59,063 nt of DNA from Actinomycetes bacterium (GCA_024644345.1 JAHELE010000005.1:1-59063), one strand, 5' to 3'; positions 49,015-58,141 are shown, numbered from the stretch's first letter. Numbers and translations: made by a program. The notes: generated by a model not told the origin, from the sequence alone.

Positions 49015-51162
49015 TCAGGCGTCGATGCGGGCCCGATCGAGATCAGCGGCGCCCTCGATGATGAAGTGGCGGCGCGGCGCCACTTCATTGCCCATCAGCA
49101 GCTCGAAGACGCCAGACCCCTCCTCCGCGTCGGCCAGCGTGATCCGCCGGAGCGTGCGGTGCCTCGGGTCCATCGTGGTCTCGCGCAGCTGTGCGGCGTC
49201 CATCTCACCGAGCCCCTTGTAGCGCTGGATCGGCTGTTTGATCCGCTTGCCCTTCTTGTCGATGTCGGCGACCAGCTTCTTCATCTCGGCGTCTGTGTAG
49301 GCGTACACGACCTCGTTCTTCTTTCCGCCACCGGTGATGATCTCGACTCTGTGCAGCGGAGGTACGGCCGCGTAGACGCGACCCTCGGCCAACATTGGTC
49401 GCATGTACCGGTGGAACAGGGTCAGCAGCAGGGTGCGGATGTGGGCACCGTCGACGTCGGCGTCGGTCATGATGATGATCTTGCCGTAGCGCACGGCATC
49501 CGGGTCGAACGTCCGACCCGACCCTGCCCCCAGCACCTGGATCAGCGAGGCGCACTCACTGTTCTTGAGCATGTCGCCGACGGAAGCCTTCTGCACGTTG
49601 AGGATCTTTCCGCGAATCGGCAGCAGCGCCTGGAACTCTGAGGACCTCGCCAGCTTCGCGGTACCGAGGGCACTGTCGCCCTCGACGATGAAGAGCTCGG
49701 TGCGCTCGATGTCGTCGCTGCGGCAGTCGGCGAGCTTGGCCGGCAACGAAGACGTCTCGAGCGCGTTCTTGCGGCGTTGCAGCTCTTTGGAGTGACGGGC
49801 CGCAATCCTGGCACGGGCAGCACCAACGACCTTCTCCAGAATCGCGCGGGCCCTGGCCTTGTCTGCGCGCTTGGTCGAGGTCAAGACCTTGGTCAGCTCG
49901 CGGTTGACGACGTGCGACACGATGCGGGTGGCGGCCGAGGTGCCGAGCACCTCTTTGGTCTGACCCTCGAACTGCGGCTCGGCCAACCGGACGCACACCA
50001 CGCCCGTGAGGCCTTCGAGGACGTCGTCCTTGATGACCGGATCGTCGTTTGCCTTGAGCAGCTTGGCTGCCCGCAGCTGCTCGTTGACGGTGCGCACCAG
50101 ACCGCGCTCAAAACCGGAAACGTGGGTTCCGCCCTTGGGGGTGGCGATGATGTTCACGAAGCTGCGCACGGTGCTGTCATACCCGCTGCCCCAGCGCAGG
50201 GCGATGTCGACCGTCAGCTCGCGCTCGACCTCGGTCGGGGTCATGTGCCCCTTGGAGTCGAGGACGGGCACCGTCTCGTGGAAATGGCCGACGCCGTGCA
50301 GTCGTACCGGATCGGCAACGGGCTCGTCGGTGCTGAGGTACTCGACGTACTCGGTGATGCCCCCGTCGAACCGGAACGACTCCTCGAGCACCTCGTCACC
50401 GCGCTCGTCATGGAGGGTGAGGGTGAGCCCAGGCACGAGAAAGGCGGTCTGGCGCATCCGGTTCTGGAGGTCGTCGAGCGACACCTCGGCGTCCTTCAGG
50501 AAGATCTCGCGGTCAGCCCAGTAGCGGACCCGCGTGCCGGTCTTCTTCTTGGGAGCCTTGCCGACGACCCGCAGACCCGAACGCTTGGTGAAGGCGGCTG
50601 TATCGCCGTCGGCGGCGAACTCGCCGGGGATGCCCCGCCGGAACGACATCGTGTGAATCTTTCCGTCGCGGTCGACCTCGACGTCCAGCCGCGACGAGAG
50701 CGCGTTGACGACTGACGCGCCCACCCCGTGCAGGCCGCCGGACGCGGTGTAGGAACCGCCGCCGAACTTGCCGCCGGCATGGAGCCGGGTCATCACGACC
50801 TCGACACCGGTCAGCTTGGTCTTCGGCTCGACGTCCACGGGGATCCCGCGGCCGTCGTCCTCGATCTCGACCGACCCGTCCGGCAGCAGCCTGACGTCGA
50901 TCTGGTGGCAGTGACCGGCGAGCGACTCGTCCACCGCGTTGTCGATGATCTCCCACAGGCAGTGCATCAGACCACGGGAGTCGGTGGAGCCGATGTACAT
51001 GCCAGGGCGCTTGCGGACCGCTTCGAGCCCCTCGAGGACGGACAGATTCTTGGCCGTGTAGCCGCCCCGGCTGGGTGCGGGGGGTCGCTTGGTGGCGGCC
51101 GTGCCTGGTCTCGACGAGGTGGAGCTGCTGCTCGGACGCGAGGAGGCACGGGCTGACGACAC
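49015..51162 (-). CDS. parE: DNA topoisomerase IV subunit B (GyrB/ParE family)
   Basis: LEGLEAVRKRPGMYIGS, EIIDNAVDE, DDGRGIP, GLHGVG, EGDSA, PIRGKILN, DADVDG and RYKGLGEM. Confidence 0.9.
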   Translation of the reverse strand: MSSARASSRPSSSSTSSRPGTAATKRPPAPSRGGYTAKNLSVLEGLEAVRKRPGMYIGSTDSRGLMHCLWEIIDNAVDESLAGHCHQIDVRLLPDGSVEIEDDGRGIPVDVEPKTKLTGVEVVMTRLHAGGKFGGGSYTASGGLHGVGASVVNALSSRLDVEVDRDGKIHTMSFRRGIPGEFAADGDTAAFTKRSGLRVVGKAPKKKTGTRVRYWADREIFLKDAEVSLDDLQNRMRQTAFLVPGLTLTLHDERGDEVLEESFRFDGGITEYVEYLSTDEPVADPVRLHGVGHFHETVPVLDSKGHMTPTEVERELTVDIALRWGSGYDSTVRSFVNIIATPKGGTHVSGFERGLVRTVNEQLRAAKLLKANDDPVIKDDVLEGLTGVVCVRLAEPQFEGQTKEVLGTSAATRIVSHVVNRELTKVLTSTKRADKARARAILEKVVGAARARIAARHSKELQRRKNALETSSLPAKLADCRSDDIERTELFIVEGDSALGTAKLARSSEFQALLPIRGKILNVQKASVGDMLKNSECASLIQVLGAGSGRTFDPDAVRYGKIIIMTDADVDGAHIRTLLLTLFHRYMRPMLAEGRVYAAVPPLHRVEIITGGGKKNEVVYAYTDAEMKKLVADIDKKGKRIKQPIQRYKGLGEMDAAQLRETTMDPRHRTLRRITLADAEEGSGVFELLMGNEVAPRRHFIIEGAADLDRARIDA

Positions 51163-51240
51163 GGCTCTGAGGCTATCTGGCAGGTCCGACCGGGTGATGT
51201 TGGCGCTCCGATGGACGCATTCCGGTCACGGTCGGCGTGT

Positions 51241-51256
51241 CGTGACCCAGATCACA
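51241..51256. promoter_or_regulatory. CRP/GlxR-type binding site
   Basis: CGTGA-CCCAGA-TCACA versus TGTGA-N6-TCACA, in the divergent parE / small Zn-finger gene intergenic region. Confidence 0.6.
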
Positions 51257-51343
51257 CGATCCTCTAGGTGAAGGTGTACGCCAACGGCGAACCCCGCCGC
51301 AGCCAGCAGCGGGAAGTGTCGGACTGTGGTGAGATGTTGAACA

Positions 51344-51365
51344 GATGCCGGGAGTTCCCGGCATC
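51344..51365. promoter_or_regulatory. Perfect 10-bp inverted repeat upstream of the small Zn-finger gene
   Basis: GATGCCGGGA-GT-TCCCGGCATC, just downstream of an ECF-like GGAAG-N19-GTT (51312-51338). Confidence 0.45.
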
Positions 51366-51420
51366 GAACCGACGGTCACGTGGCCCAGGCCGCGAGGCTC
51401 TCAGTGAGGAGTGAGGCGAC

Positions 51421-51621
51421 GTGACGACCACACTGGCCCCCGACACCACGCTGACCGCTGCCGACCGCTGTGACAAGTGCGGCGCGCAGGCCTATGTCCG
51501 CGTTCGCCTGATCACCGGCGAGCTGCACTTCTGTGCCCACCACGCCAAGCAGTTCGAGCCGAAGTTGAAGTCTGTCGCCGTGGAGATCACCGACGAGACG
51601 GCACGGCTGGCCGAGAGCTGA
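51421..51621 (+). CDS. Small conserved actinobacterial Zn-binding protein (DRCDxCGAQAY type)
   Basis: LTAADRCDKCGAQAYVRV...LHFCAHH...DET. GAGGAG RBS. Confidence 0.9.
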   Translation: MTTTLAPDTTLTAADRCDKCGAQAYVRVRLITGELHFCAHHAKQFEPKLKSVAVEITDETARLAES

Positions 51622-51675
51622 GCCACACCTTCCCGGCCTGATCGGGCTGCGGCTCCTATCTCAGGAGTGTGTGTT

Positions 51676-52125
51676 TCACGACCGCGTCTCGGAACCGGGC
51701 TGCCCGCACTTGGCGACCTCGAGTTCGACTGCCAGCATCATCAAGCCTGACGCGCCTTCGCCTTGCGCCTGGAGTGTCAGCAGATCGCCCGGCCTGGCGA
51801 TCTTGCGCGTGATTCGTACCTCAGCCGTCATGTTCCCGTGGCTGTCGGCAAGAACGCTCTTCCAGGTTCCGGTGTCGTTCTGAGCCTCGATGATCCAGCG
51901 GAGTTCGACCACTGAGTCAGGTGTGAAGTCGAACCCCGAGATCTGAACGGCGTCGCCGGGACTGATCCGCCCCAGCGCGCAGTTCGTGGACGGCGACGCG
52001 ATGAGGTCGCTGCTGCGGGGTCCGACGAACGCGTCCGAGAACTCGTTCACGTCGGTATTCCCGCACGATGCCAGCAGGACGAGCAGTACTGCGGCCGCAC
52101 AAACTGCCCCACCAAGACGCACCAT
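51676..52125 (-). CDS. Putative lipoprotein (Ig-like beta domain)
   Basis: Lipobox LLASC; beta-rich body with PGD.VQISG..F.P. Confidence 0.7.
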   Translation of the reverse strand: MVRLGGAVCAAAVLLVLLASCGNTDVNEFSDAFVGPRSSDLIASPSTNCALGRISPGDAVQISGFDFTPDSVVELRWIIEAQNDTGTWKSVLADSHGNMTAEVRITRKIARPGDLLTLQAQGEGASGLMMLAVELEVAKCGQPGSETRS

Positions 52126-52230
52126 TTGAACCTAGCGCCCCCAGCGCCCTGCGTCACCACCGACGCTGCGGAATGCGAAATGTCCGAGATCTCACCCCGG
52201 CCACCGAGCGATTCCCGTCCCGGACCGTCA

Positions 52231-52261
52231 CCGCCCGCCACCGTGGGACGGCGGCGGGCGG
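52231..52261 (-). terminator. GC-rich hairpin after the secreted-protein gene
   Basis: CCGCCCGCC...GGCGGGCGG with inner CCGT-GGG-ACGG. Confidence 0.5.
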
Positions 52262-52279
52262 ATCGGGGGACGTCGACGT

Positions 52280-52768
52280 CTAGCAGAGTGCGACGCTCGG
52301 ATTGAAGTCTGCGTGGACGCCGTCGGGGTTCGGACGCCAGATCCACGCGTGGAGGGCCCAGATGCCCAGGGTGTCGTTGCGGTGGAACTGCTCGCCGAAC
52401 AGCTCAGGCGGTTCGGTGCCCTTCCACGCACCCTGCGGAACGACGTACTCAGCCGCGACCAGCTGCATCCGATTGTTGTGCGGCTCGTACACCAGCACCT
52501 CGGGGTGGCTGGCATCAACGGTGTCATCGATCGATCCCATGTCGGCGTAGTGCTGCCCCATCCCACCGACGCCGGGCGCATCGAAGCACGGCAAGAACTT
52601 CTCGTATCCGGCCGCTTCTGCCTTGGTCACCGAGTGCAGGGCGGCTGTCGCCTGCCGCACCTCTGCGAACTGCGCCATCGAGCCCGACGCCGGTGCGGCC
52701 GAGAGGCCCAGAGCCAGTGACAGGGCGAGAGACAGGGCGACACCAAGTGCCGCCGTGGCGCGCCTCAT
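52280..52768 (-). CDS. Secreted uncharacterised protein with MGxH / LHxW motifs (TTHB210-like by recollection)
   Basis: Signal peptide; GGMGQHY, PEVLVYEP, AEY, LHAWIWRPNPDG..ADFNP; two Cys. ATGA overlap with the upstream gene. Confidence 0.8.
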   Translation of the reverse strand: MRRATAALGVALSLALSLALGLSAAPASGSMAQFAEVRQATAALHSVTKAEAAGYEKFLPCFDAPGVGGMGQHYADMGSIDDTVDASHPEVLVYEPHNNRMQLVAAEYVVPQGAWKGTEPPELFGEQFHRNDTLGIWALHAWIWRPNPDGVHADFNPSVALC

Positions 52769-53016
52769 GACCCCTCCGTCACCAGGAAGACGTCGTCAGC
52801 GACCAGGCCGTGCGCTTGGCGGTGAACGGTCGACGCCGCCTCGGGTGACGGCGCCTCGACGAGACAGAAGACCTTGCCCTCGCCTTCTGACACCCAGTAC
52901 CGCAGGTAGCGGACCTCATGCTGACCTTGCGTCTGCAGATCGGCCATGTGGGCCTTGGCGACGTCATCGAGGGCTACTCCCCCGTCGATCGAGTGGACAT
53001 CCATGTAGAGCGGCAT
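52765..53016 (-). CDS. SCO4226-family nickel-binding protein (DUF4242)
   Basis: YMDVH, AHMADL, YLRYWV, GKVFCL.EAP and VHRQAHG. AGGAGG RBS. Confidence 0.92.
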   Translation of the reverse strand: MPLYMDVHSIDGGVALDDVAKAHMADLQTQGQHEVRYLRYWVSEGEGKVFCLVEAPSPEAASTVHRQAHGLVADDVFLVTEGS

Positions 53017-53096
53017 CGATTCCTCCTGCGGTCATGCGGAATGTCGGACGTCTGCGACGCTAGGCAGGCAGGGCATCCACCGGCAGGGGACCCGAC

Positions 53097-53128
53097 CCCC
53101 ATGTTGGAGCGCGGGCTCCCTATGTTGG
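53097..53128 (-). promoter_or_regulatory. Direct-repeat operator candidate upstream of the DUF4242 operon
   Basis: Minus-strand CCAACATAGGG and CCAACATGGGG, 21 bp apart, upstream of a TAGCGT -10 (53057-53062). Confidence 0.5.
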
Positions 53129-53132
53129 CCAG

Positions 53133-55721
53133 TCAGTGCGAGGCGGCAGCAGCGAGGGCGACGTCGGCCGCCTCGGTCCGGCTGCCGACACCGAGCTTGG
53201 CCAGAATCGATGACACGTGGTGGTCGACGGTCTTGCCCGAGATCACCAGCTGCTGCGCGATCTGGGCGTTGGAGGCACCGTCGCAGAGCAGCGTCAACAC
53301 CTCACGCTCACGGGAGGTCAGCCCCAGCGGGTCGAGCTTGGTGGCAACGCGCGACCCGCGGGGAATGGCGGCAACGCCCCGGCTCCGCATCAGCTGCCGG
53401 GCGCGGGCTGAGGCGGCCGTCGCCCCGAGCGCGTCCAGCTGCCGAACAGCCTCACGCATCGCGTCCTGATCGCCGCTGTCGAGGCACGCCAGAGCGGCGT
53501 CGTACGGCCGCCCGGCGTCGCTCAGCCAGCTGGCGGCGGCGAGCTCGTCGCCCGACGTCCACAGGTCGAAGGGCGGCGGCAGCGGATCGAGCCGGTCGGC
53601 GGCGACCCCGACCCGCCTGGCCCAGACTGCCACCTCTCCACGGAGGAGCGGCTCGACTCCCTGCGCACCCTCGACGGCGGCCGCGGCCCGCTCGCGGGCG
53701 GCGTCGTCGTCTCCACTGAGCCAGCCGATCTCGATCCAGCTGATCCGGGCGTCCAGCAGCCAATCCGCCGAGTCCAGGCGCTCGGCGTACCCCAGCGCCT
53801 CGGCGATCATCTCAGCGCCTTCGGGGTCGCCCTTGCGAGCCAGCACCCGTCCGACACCACCGAGAGGGTTCAACCGGTTGACCGGCGACAGGTGCTCGCG
53901 TGCCCGGCTGACCAGCTCTCGGCCGATCAGCAGGGCCTCGTCCCAGCGCCCTTGGCGGTCCAACGCCCTGACGTGCCCGCCCTTCAGGCAGGCCTCGTAC
54001 GTGGAGAAGTCGCAGAGCTCCCAGAACTCCAGTCCTTCAGCAAGCACCTCCTCCGCCTCAGCAAATCGGTTCTCGCCGGCCAAGAACGCGTGGAGGTTGC
54101 TGAATGCTCGACCCGTCTGGCTCTCGTGGTTGCCCTCGGCCGCCACATCGAGCGAACGTCGGAAGAGGGCCGTCACGTCTTCGTGCCGGATCATCCGAAT
54201 GCACGCCTCGGTGTTGAGCGCGTCCGCAAGCAGCGCCGAGTCGTCGAACTCCTCGGCAATGCCCCTGGCCCGAAGGGCGAGGTCGAGCGCCTTGGCTGAG
54301 TCCTCATCCAACAGCGTCCCGGCCTGCGACAGCCACGCCCAGCCACGCTCGGGGCACGCAGGCTCACCTTGCAGCACCTCCTCGGCGGCGTACACGAGTC
54401 GCTCGTACTCCGCTCCCTCGCACAGCCGCCACTTGGCGTGCCCCTGCTTGCGGAGAGCCTGGCTCTGCCGGCGCCTGTCGCCCAGCTCACGCCAACGGCC
54501 GATGGACGCCTCGCGCATCTCTGCGGAGTGTTCCCACTGGTCGAGCAGCCCGTACTCGTCGGCAAGCGCGTCCGTCCACGCCGCCACGTCCCTGGGGTCG
54601 GCCCCCTCTGTCCATCGCAGCACGCGCTCGTACTGGGCGGCGGCCTCGCGATGCGAGCCCAGCTCGGCCGCCTGCCGTCCGGCCTGCGGTGCATATACCT
54701 GCACGCTGCCGGGGATCTCAGCCAGCTCAGCATGGTGAGCGAGCCGGGCCGTCTCGACGTCATCACGGCGGGCCAGCACCGCCAGAGCCGCCGCGTTCAT
54801 GGCACACAGACGATGGCTGGGCAGTGACGACTCGATCGCAGCCCTGGCAAGCTCGTGCCGGAACCGCAACGCGTCCCCGGACGCCACCAGTGCGCCGGAC
54901 TCCAGGCACTCGTCGAGTAGGTCGGGACGGGTGGTGGCCACCTGCTGCAGATCTGCCAGGCGGGCCGACGCCCCGAACACGGCCACCCAGTCGGCCAGCT
55001 CGCGGGCTGCGGGAGTGAGCCGACAGATGCGCGCCTGCACGGCGTCGTGCACCGAGGTGAGCAGCTGGTCGCCGGATGACGCCAGCGCCTCACGTACGTA
55101 GAACGGGTTGCCCCCCGTGAGCTCGTAGACCTTTCGACCATCCACGCCGTGCTCCGCCGCCAGGGCCGTCACCGCCTCGGGGGTCAACGCCGGTAGCGCC
55201 ATGCGTCGTGCCCACCGGTGGGTACCCGCCTCGCCCAGCAGGGTGCGCAGCGGGTGGTCGCGCCCGAGCGCGTCGTCGCGGTACGTGGCAAGGATCAGCA
55301 ACCGGCAGTTCCGTACCCGGCGACTGAGGAAGAGGATGAGGTCGAGACTGGCTTCGTCGGCCCAATGCACGTCCTCGAAGACCAGGACGGTGAGGGCGTC
55401 CGACGCGGTGAGCTCGTCTCGCAGCAACCGGAACATCCTGCTGCGCGGGATCTCGTCCGAACGGCAGACCGCGGCCAGCTCTCCGCCGATCTGATCGGCC
55501 ACGTCCACCAGCGGTGCGAGCGGCTGGGGGGTGAACGAGCCGTCGCAGGCACCCCACAGCCAACGAGCATCCGGTGTGCGCGCCTGACACTCCTCGACGA
55601 GCGAGGTCTTGCCGACGCCGGCCTCCCCGGCGATCAGCACGACGCGGCTGTCGCCACCCGCAGCGTCCTCGGCGTACTCGCCGAGCAGCGTGAGGAAATT
55701 CTCCCGTTCCAGGAGCTTCAT
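53133..55721 (-). CDS. Large ATP-binding LuxR (LAL/STAND) transcriptional regulator
   Basis: LLERE start, Walker A GEAGVGKT, Walker B VFEDVHWAD, TGGNPF, FRHEL, TPR-like helices and a C-terminal HTH (LTSREREVL..SN..IA..ISGKTVDHHVSSILAKLG). Confidence 0.93.
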   Translation of the reverse strand: MKLLERENFLTLLGEYAEDAAGGDSRVVLIAGEAGVGKTSLVEECQARTPDARWLWGACDGSFTPQPLAPLVDVADQIGGELAAVCRSDEIPRSRMFRLLRDELTASDALTVLVFEDVHWADEASLDLILFLSRRVRNCRLLILATYRDDALGRDHPLRTLLGEAGTHRWARRMALPALTPEAVTALAAEHGVDGRKVYELTGGNPFYVREALASSGDQLLTSVHDAVQARICRLTPAARELADWVAVFGASARLADLQQVATTRPDLLDECLESGALVASGDALRFRHELARAAIESSLPSHRLCAMNAAALAVLARRDDVETARLAHHAELAEIPGSVQVYAPQAGRQAAELGSHREAAAQYERVLRWTEGADPRDVAAWTDALADEYGLLDQWEHSAEMREASIGRWRELGDRRRQSQALRKQGHAKWRLCEGAEYERLVYAAEEVLQGEPACPERGWAWLSQAGTLLDEDSAKALDLALRARGIAEEFDDSALLADALNTEACIRMIRHEDVTALFRRSLDVAAEGNHESQTGRAFSNLHAFLAGENRFAEAEEVLAEGLEFWELCDFSTYEACLKGGHVRALDRQGRWDEALLIGRELVSRAREHLSPVNRLNPLGGVGRVLARKGDPEGAEMIAEALGYAERLDSADWLLDARISWIEIGWLSGDDDAARERAAAAVEGAQGVEPLLRGEVAVWARRVGVAADRLDPLPPPFDLWTSGDELAAASWLSDAGRPYDAALACLDSGDQDAMREAVRQLDALGATAASARARQLMRSRGVAAIPRGSRVATKLDPLGLTSREREVLTLLCDGASNAQIAQQLVISGKTVDHHVSSILAKLGVGSRTEAADVALAAAASH

Positions 55722-56036
55722 CCGGCAATGATGCGCCTCTCCGGAGTCGTACGTCCAGGTAATGGTGCCTTCACCTCGATGGCGGAGGTGACTTCTCCTG
55801 CGGCAGGCTCCACCCAGCCGTGGTCGGCGACGCGGATGGCACCGCGGTCTGGGAACAACGACTCCTGGAGTTCCTCCGACTTCAGGGCGTTGTGCCTGGC
55901 AGAGAGCCCCACGCACAACCAGCACAGCGGATCTCGCCACCACCACCGCCAGGACAGTCACTGAGTGGTACGAAACCGTCGACCGCACCGCCGCCGGGTG
56001 GCCAATTTCGTGACAGTCGGTGGAAGGTGGCCAGTG

Positions 56037-56759
56037 CTAGGCCGGCGTGGGGCGCCTGGCGACATAGACCGTGTTCGACGCCTCCTGATCGGGGAGAGCG
56101 CTCGGGAAGCGCACCACCTCGGTCCGCACCTCGGCGAAGACCGCACCCAAAGTCTGTTCGTACTCGGTGTCCGGCGGATCGTTCGACCAGAGACTGAACA
56201 CTCCCCCGGGCCGCAGGTCATCATGAACCTGCCGAACGCCGTCTGCCCGGTAGAAGTCGGCGTGGCTCGGGTGCAGCAGCTCGCGTGGCGAGTGGTCGAT
56301 GTCGACCACCACGGCGTCGAACGCGGCACGTGGCGCTTCCGATGCGAGGCCGGCGCCTCTGGCAAGCGCAAAGAAGTCGCCATGCAGGAAACGGCAGCGA
56401 GGGTCGGTGCTGAGAGCCTCGCCCAGCGGCAACAGATGGTGCCTATGCCAGTCGATCACGGCGTCCAACGCCTCGACCACCACGAGTGAACGCACCCGCG
56501 GGTCGGCCAGCACCGTCTGTGCGGTGTAGCCGAGCCCGAGGCCACCCACGACAACGTCGAGCTGGTCGCCGTCGAGCTCGAGGAGCGCCAGTCGTGCCAC
56601 CTCGATCTCGGCCGCGACGAAGAGGCTCGACATCAAGAACTCGTCGTCCAGCTTGGCCTCGTAGACCAGGGAGTCGGAGACGGGGTCATGCCGACGTCGC
56701 AGGCTGATCACGCCCATCGGTGTCTGGCGCGCGTCAAGCACCTGGAAACGAGCCGACAC
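56037..56759 (-). CDS. Spermidine synthase-like SAM-dependent transferase
   Basis: FLMSSLF, VVVGGLGLGYTA, GDFF, VDIDHSP and LRPGGVFSLWS. Confidence 0.85.
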   Translation of the reverse strand: MSARFQVLDARQTPMGVISLRRRHDPVSDSLVYEAKLDDEFLMSSLFVAAEIEVARLALLELDGDQLDVVVGGLGLGYTAQTVLADPRVRSLVVVEALDAVIDWHRHHLLPLGEALSTDPRCRFLHGDFFALARGAGLASEAPRAAFDAVVVDIDHSPRELLHPSHADFYRADGVRQVHDDLRPGGVFSLWSNDPPDTEYEQTLGAVFAEVRTEVVRFPSALPDQEASNTVYVARRPTPA

Positions 56760-56767
56760 GCGTCGTC

Positions 56768-58069
56768 TCAGGCCGTGGGCTTGACGAAGGCCAGGCCGTT
56801 GCTCATCCAGCGCTCGCAGGTGCAGCCGGTCGGATTCTTTACCTGGTACATGTCGCGGCGTTGCCACTTACGCTGGGTGCGGGTCCAGAGCGTGGTGGAA
56901 CCGCCGCCGTCGAGCTCGTACGCGTAGGTCATGCCGAGTTTCTTGGCGATGTTGGCCGCGTTGGCCAGACCGAAACCGCCGTTCCGGAGCACGACCCCGT
57001 TGACGACCTCGAGCTTGCTACCCGGCACGGTGAACGCACGCCAGCGACCGTCGACGTCCCAGCCGACGAACGTGCGAGGACGCGCTGACAACGCTGACGG
57101 AGTGCGGGCGTAGGACTTGCAGCCGAGCGGGGCGGGCTTGCCACCTGCCACCACCGGAAGACCGCGACCGACACCGGTCCGCAGCTTGACCCCGGTGGTG
57201 GTGGACTGTCGGACATCCACCCGCACCCCGGTACCGGAGGGCACACCTTTGGCCAGTTTGGCCACGTTCGAGGAGAAGGCGATCACCCGGGTGCCCGTCT
57301 TGACGGGTGCGCCACGCTTGGCAGCGTTCTTCCTGGCATTTCGGATCTCGATGATGTGGTTGCTGCTGTCCAGCACCCACTCGGTCTCGCCGGCGGGTCG
57401 CGGGCTCGCCGCCTTCCCATCAGATCGGGTGAGCGTGCTCCAGTCATGGGTGTACACGGTGGCGCCGCCGCCGATCACCCGGTGCCAGTTCATGCCGCGA
57501 AGCTTGAAGCCGGTGGCGCCAGTGAGCTTGGCCCTGACCTGGCCACGAACTCCGAAGAAGTCGCCGAACGGTTGACCCTTGGTGTCGACCCCGACGGTAC
57601 GCATCCGCTTGTAGATCCCGCGGATCACCTTGCCGTCCCTCACCATCGGGCCGCGAGCCATCTCAATGCTCTTCTCGTACCGGATGTCGGGCGCGATGAA
57701 GAAATCACCGTTGATGCTGCCCAGCGACTTCGACGCCTGCGCCTTGGTCATCTGCCCAACGGCTTCGCGTTCACCGACCGGGGTGTTGATGAGCGCCGGA
57801 TACGCGCCGACCGGAAAGGTCGTCATGATGACGTTCGCCTTGTGGTCGTACTGTCCGACGGCAGATCCCTTGGCCGTCGCCCAGTAGTACTTCGACACGC
57901 CGCCCCCGGCGAACGTCGCAGTCTTGTCGAGCCGCGTCGTGACGTCGATCTTGCAGGGTCGAGCGGCCTCCGCCTCATGTGGGACGGCGGTCAGCAAGGC
58001 GCACGCCAACGCCGTGGCTGCCAGGAGCACAGCAGGGCGGGTCCAGGTGGTCGACAACGACACGAGCAC
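56768..58069 (-). CDS. Secreted phosphodiester glycosidase (NAGPA/DUF2233) family protein
   Basis: Signal peptide; INGDFF, RPRTFVG, ELDGGGSTT and ER.MSNGL. Confidence 0.8.
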   Translation of the reverse strand: MLVSLSTTWTRPAVLLAATALACALLTAVPHEAEAARPCKIDVTTRLDKTATFAGGGVSKYYWATAKGSAVGQYDHKANVIMTTFPVGAYPALINTPVGEREAVGQMTKAQASKSLGSINGDFFIAPDIRYEKSIEMARGPMVRDGKVIRGIYKRMRTVGVDTKGQPFGDFFGVRGQVRAKLTGATGFKLRGMNWHRVIGGGATVYTHDWSTLTRSDGKAASPRPAGETEWVLDSSNHIIEIRNARKNAAKRGAPVKTGTRVIAFSSNVAKLAKGVPSGTGVRVDVRQSTTTGVKLRTGVGRGLPVVAGGKPAPLGCKSYARTPSALSARPRTFVGWDVDGRWRAFTVPGSKLEVVNGVVLRNGGFGLANAANIAKKLGMTYAYELDGGGSTTLWTRTQRKWQRRDMYQVKNPTGCTCERWMSNGLAFVKPTA

Positions 58070-58141
58070 TCCATCGGTATCTCGGGGGGCTACGGCTCGA
58101 CCGGGCCAAGTTAGCCCATCCCGGTGACACGTCGGACGCCG

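Noticed and set aside
43660-51162. GyrA/GyrB-like pair as DNA gyrase or a resistance gyrase
   Set aside because: The separated, convergent arrangement near sepH and Pat fits actinobacterial topoisomerase IV. No dnaA/recF context and no antibiotic cluster.
53133-55721. STAND ATPase as an Avs-type anti-phage protein
   Set aside because: It has a C-terminal LuxR HTH and no N-terminal nuclease, TIR or SIR2 effector, so it is a transcriptional regulator.
55721-55988. 89-aa N-terminal extension of the LAL regulator in the ORF track
   Set aside because: The family typically starts at M-x-LLERE. The extension is Arg-rich and not domain-like.
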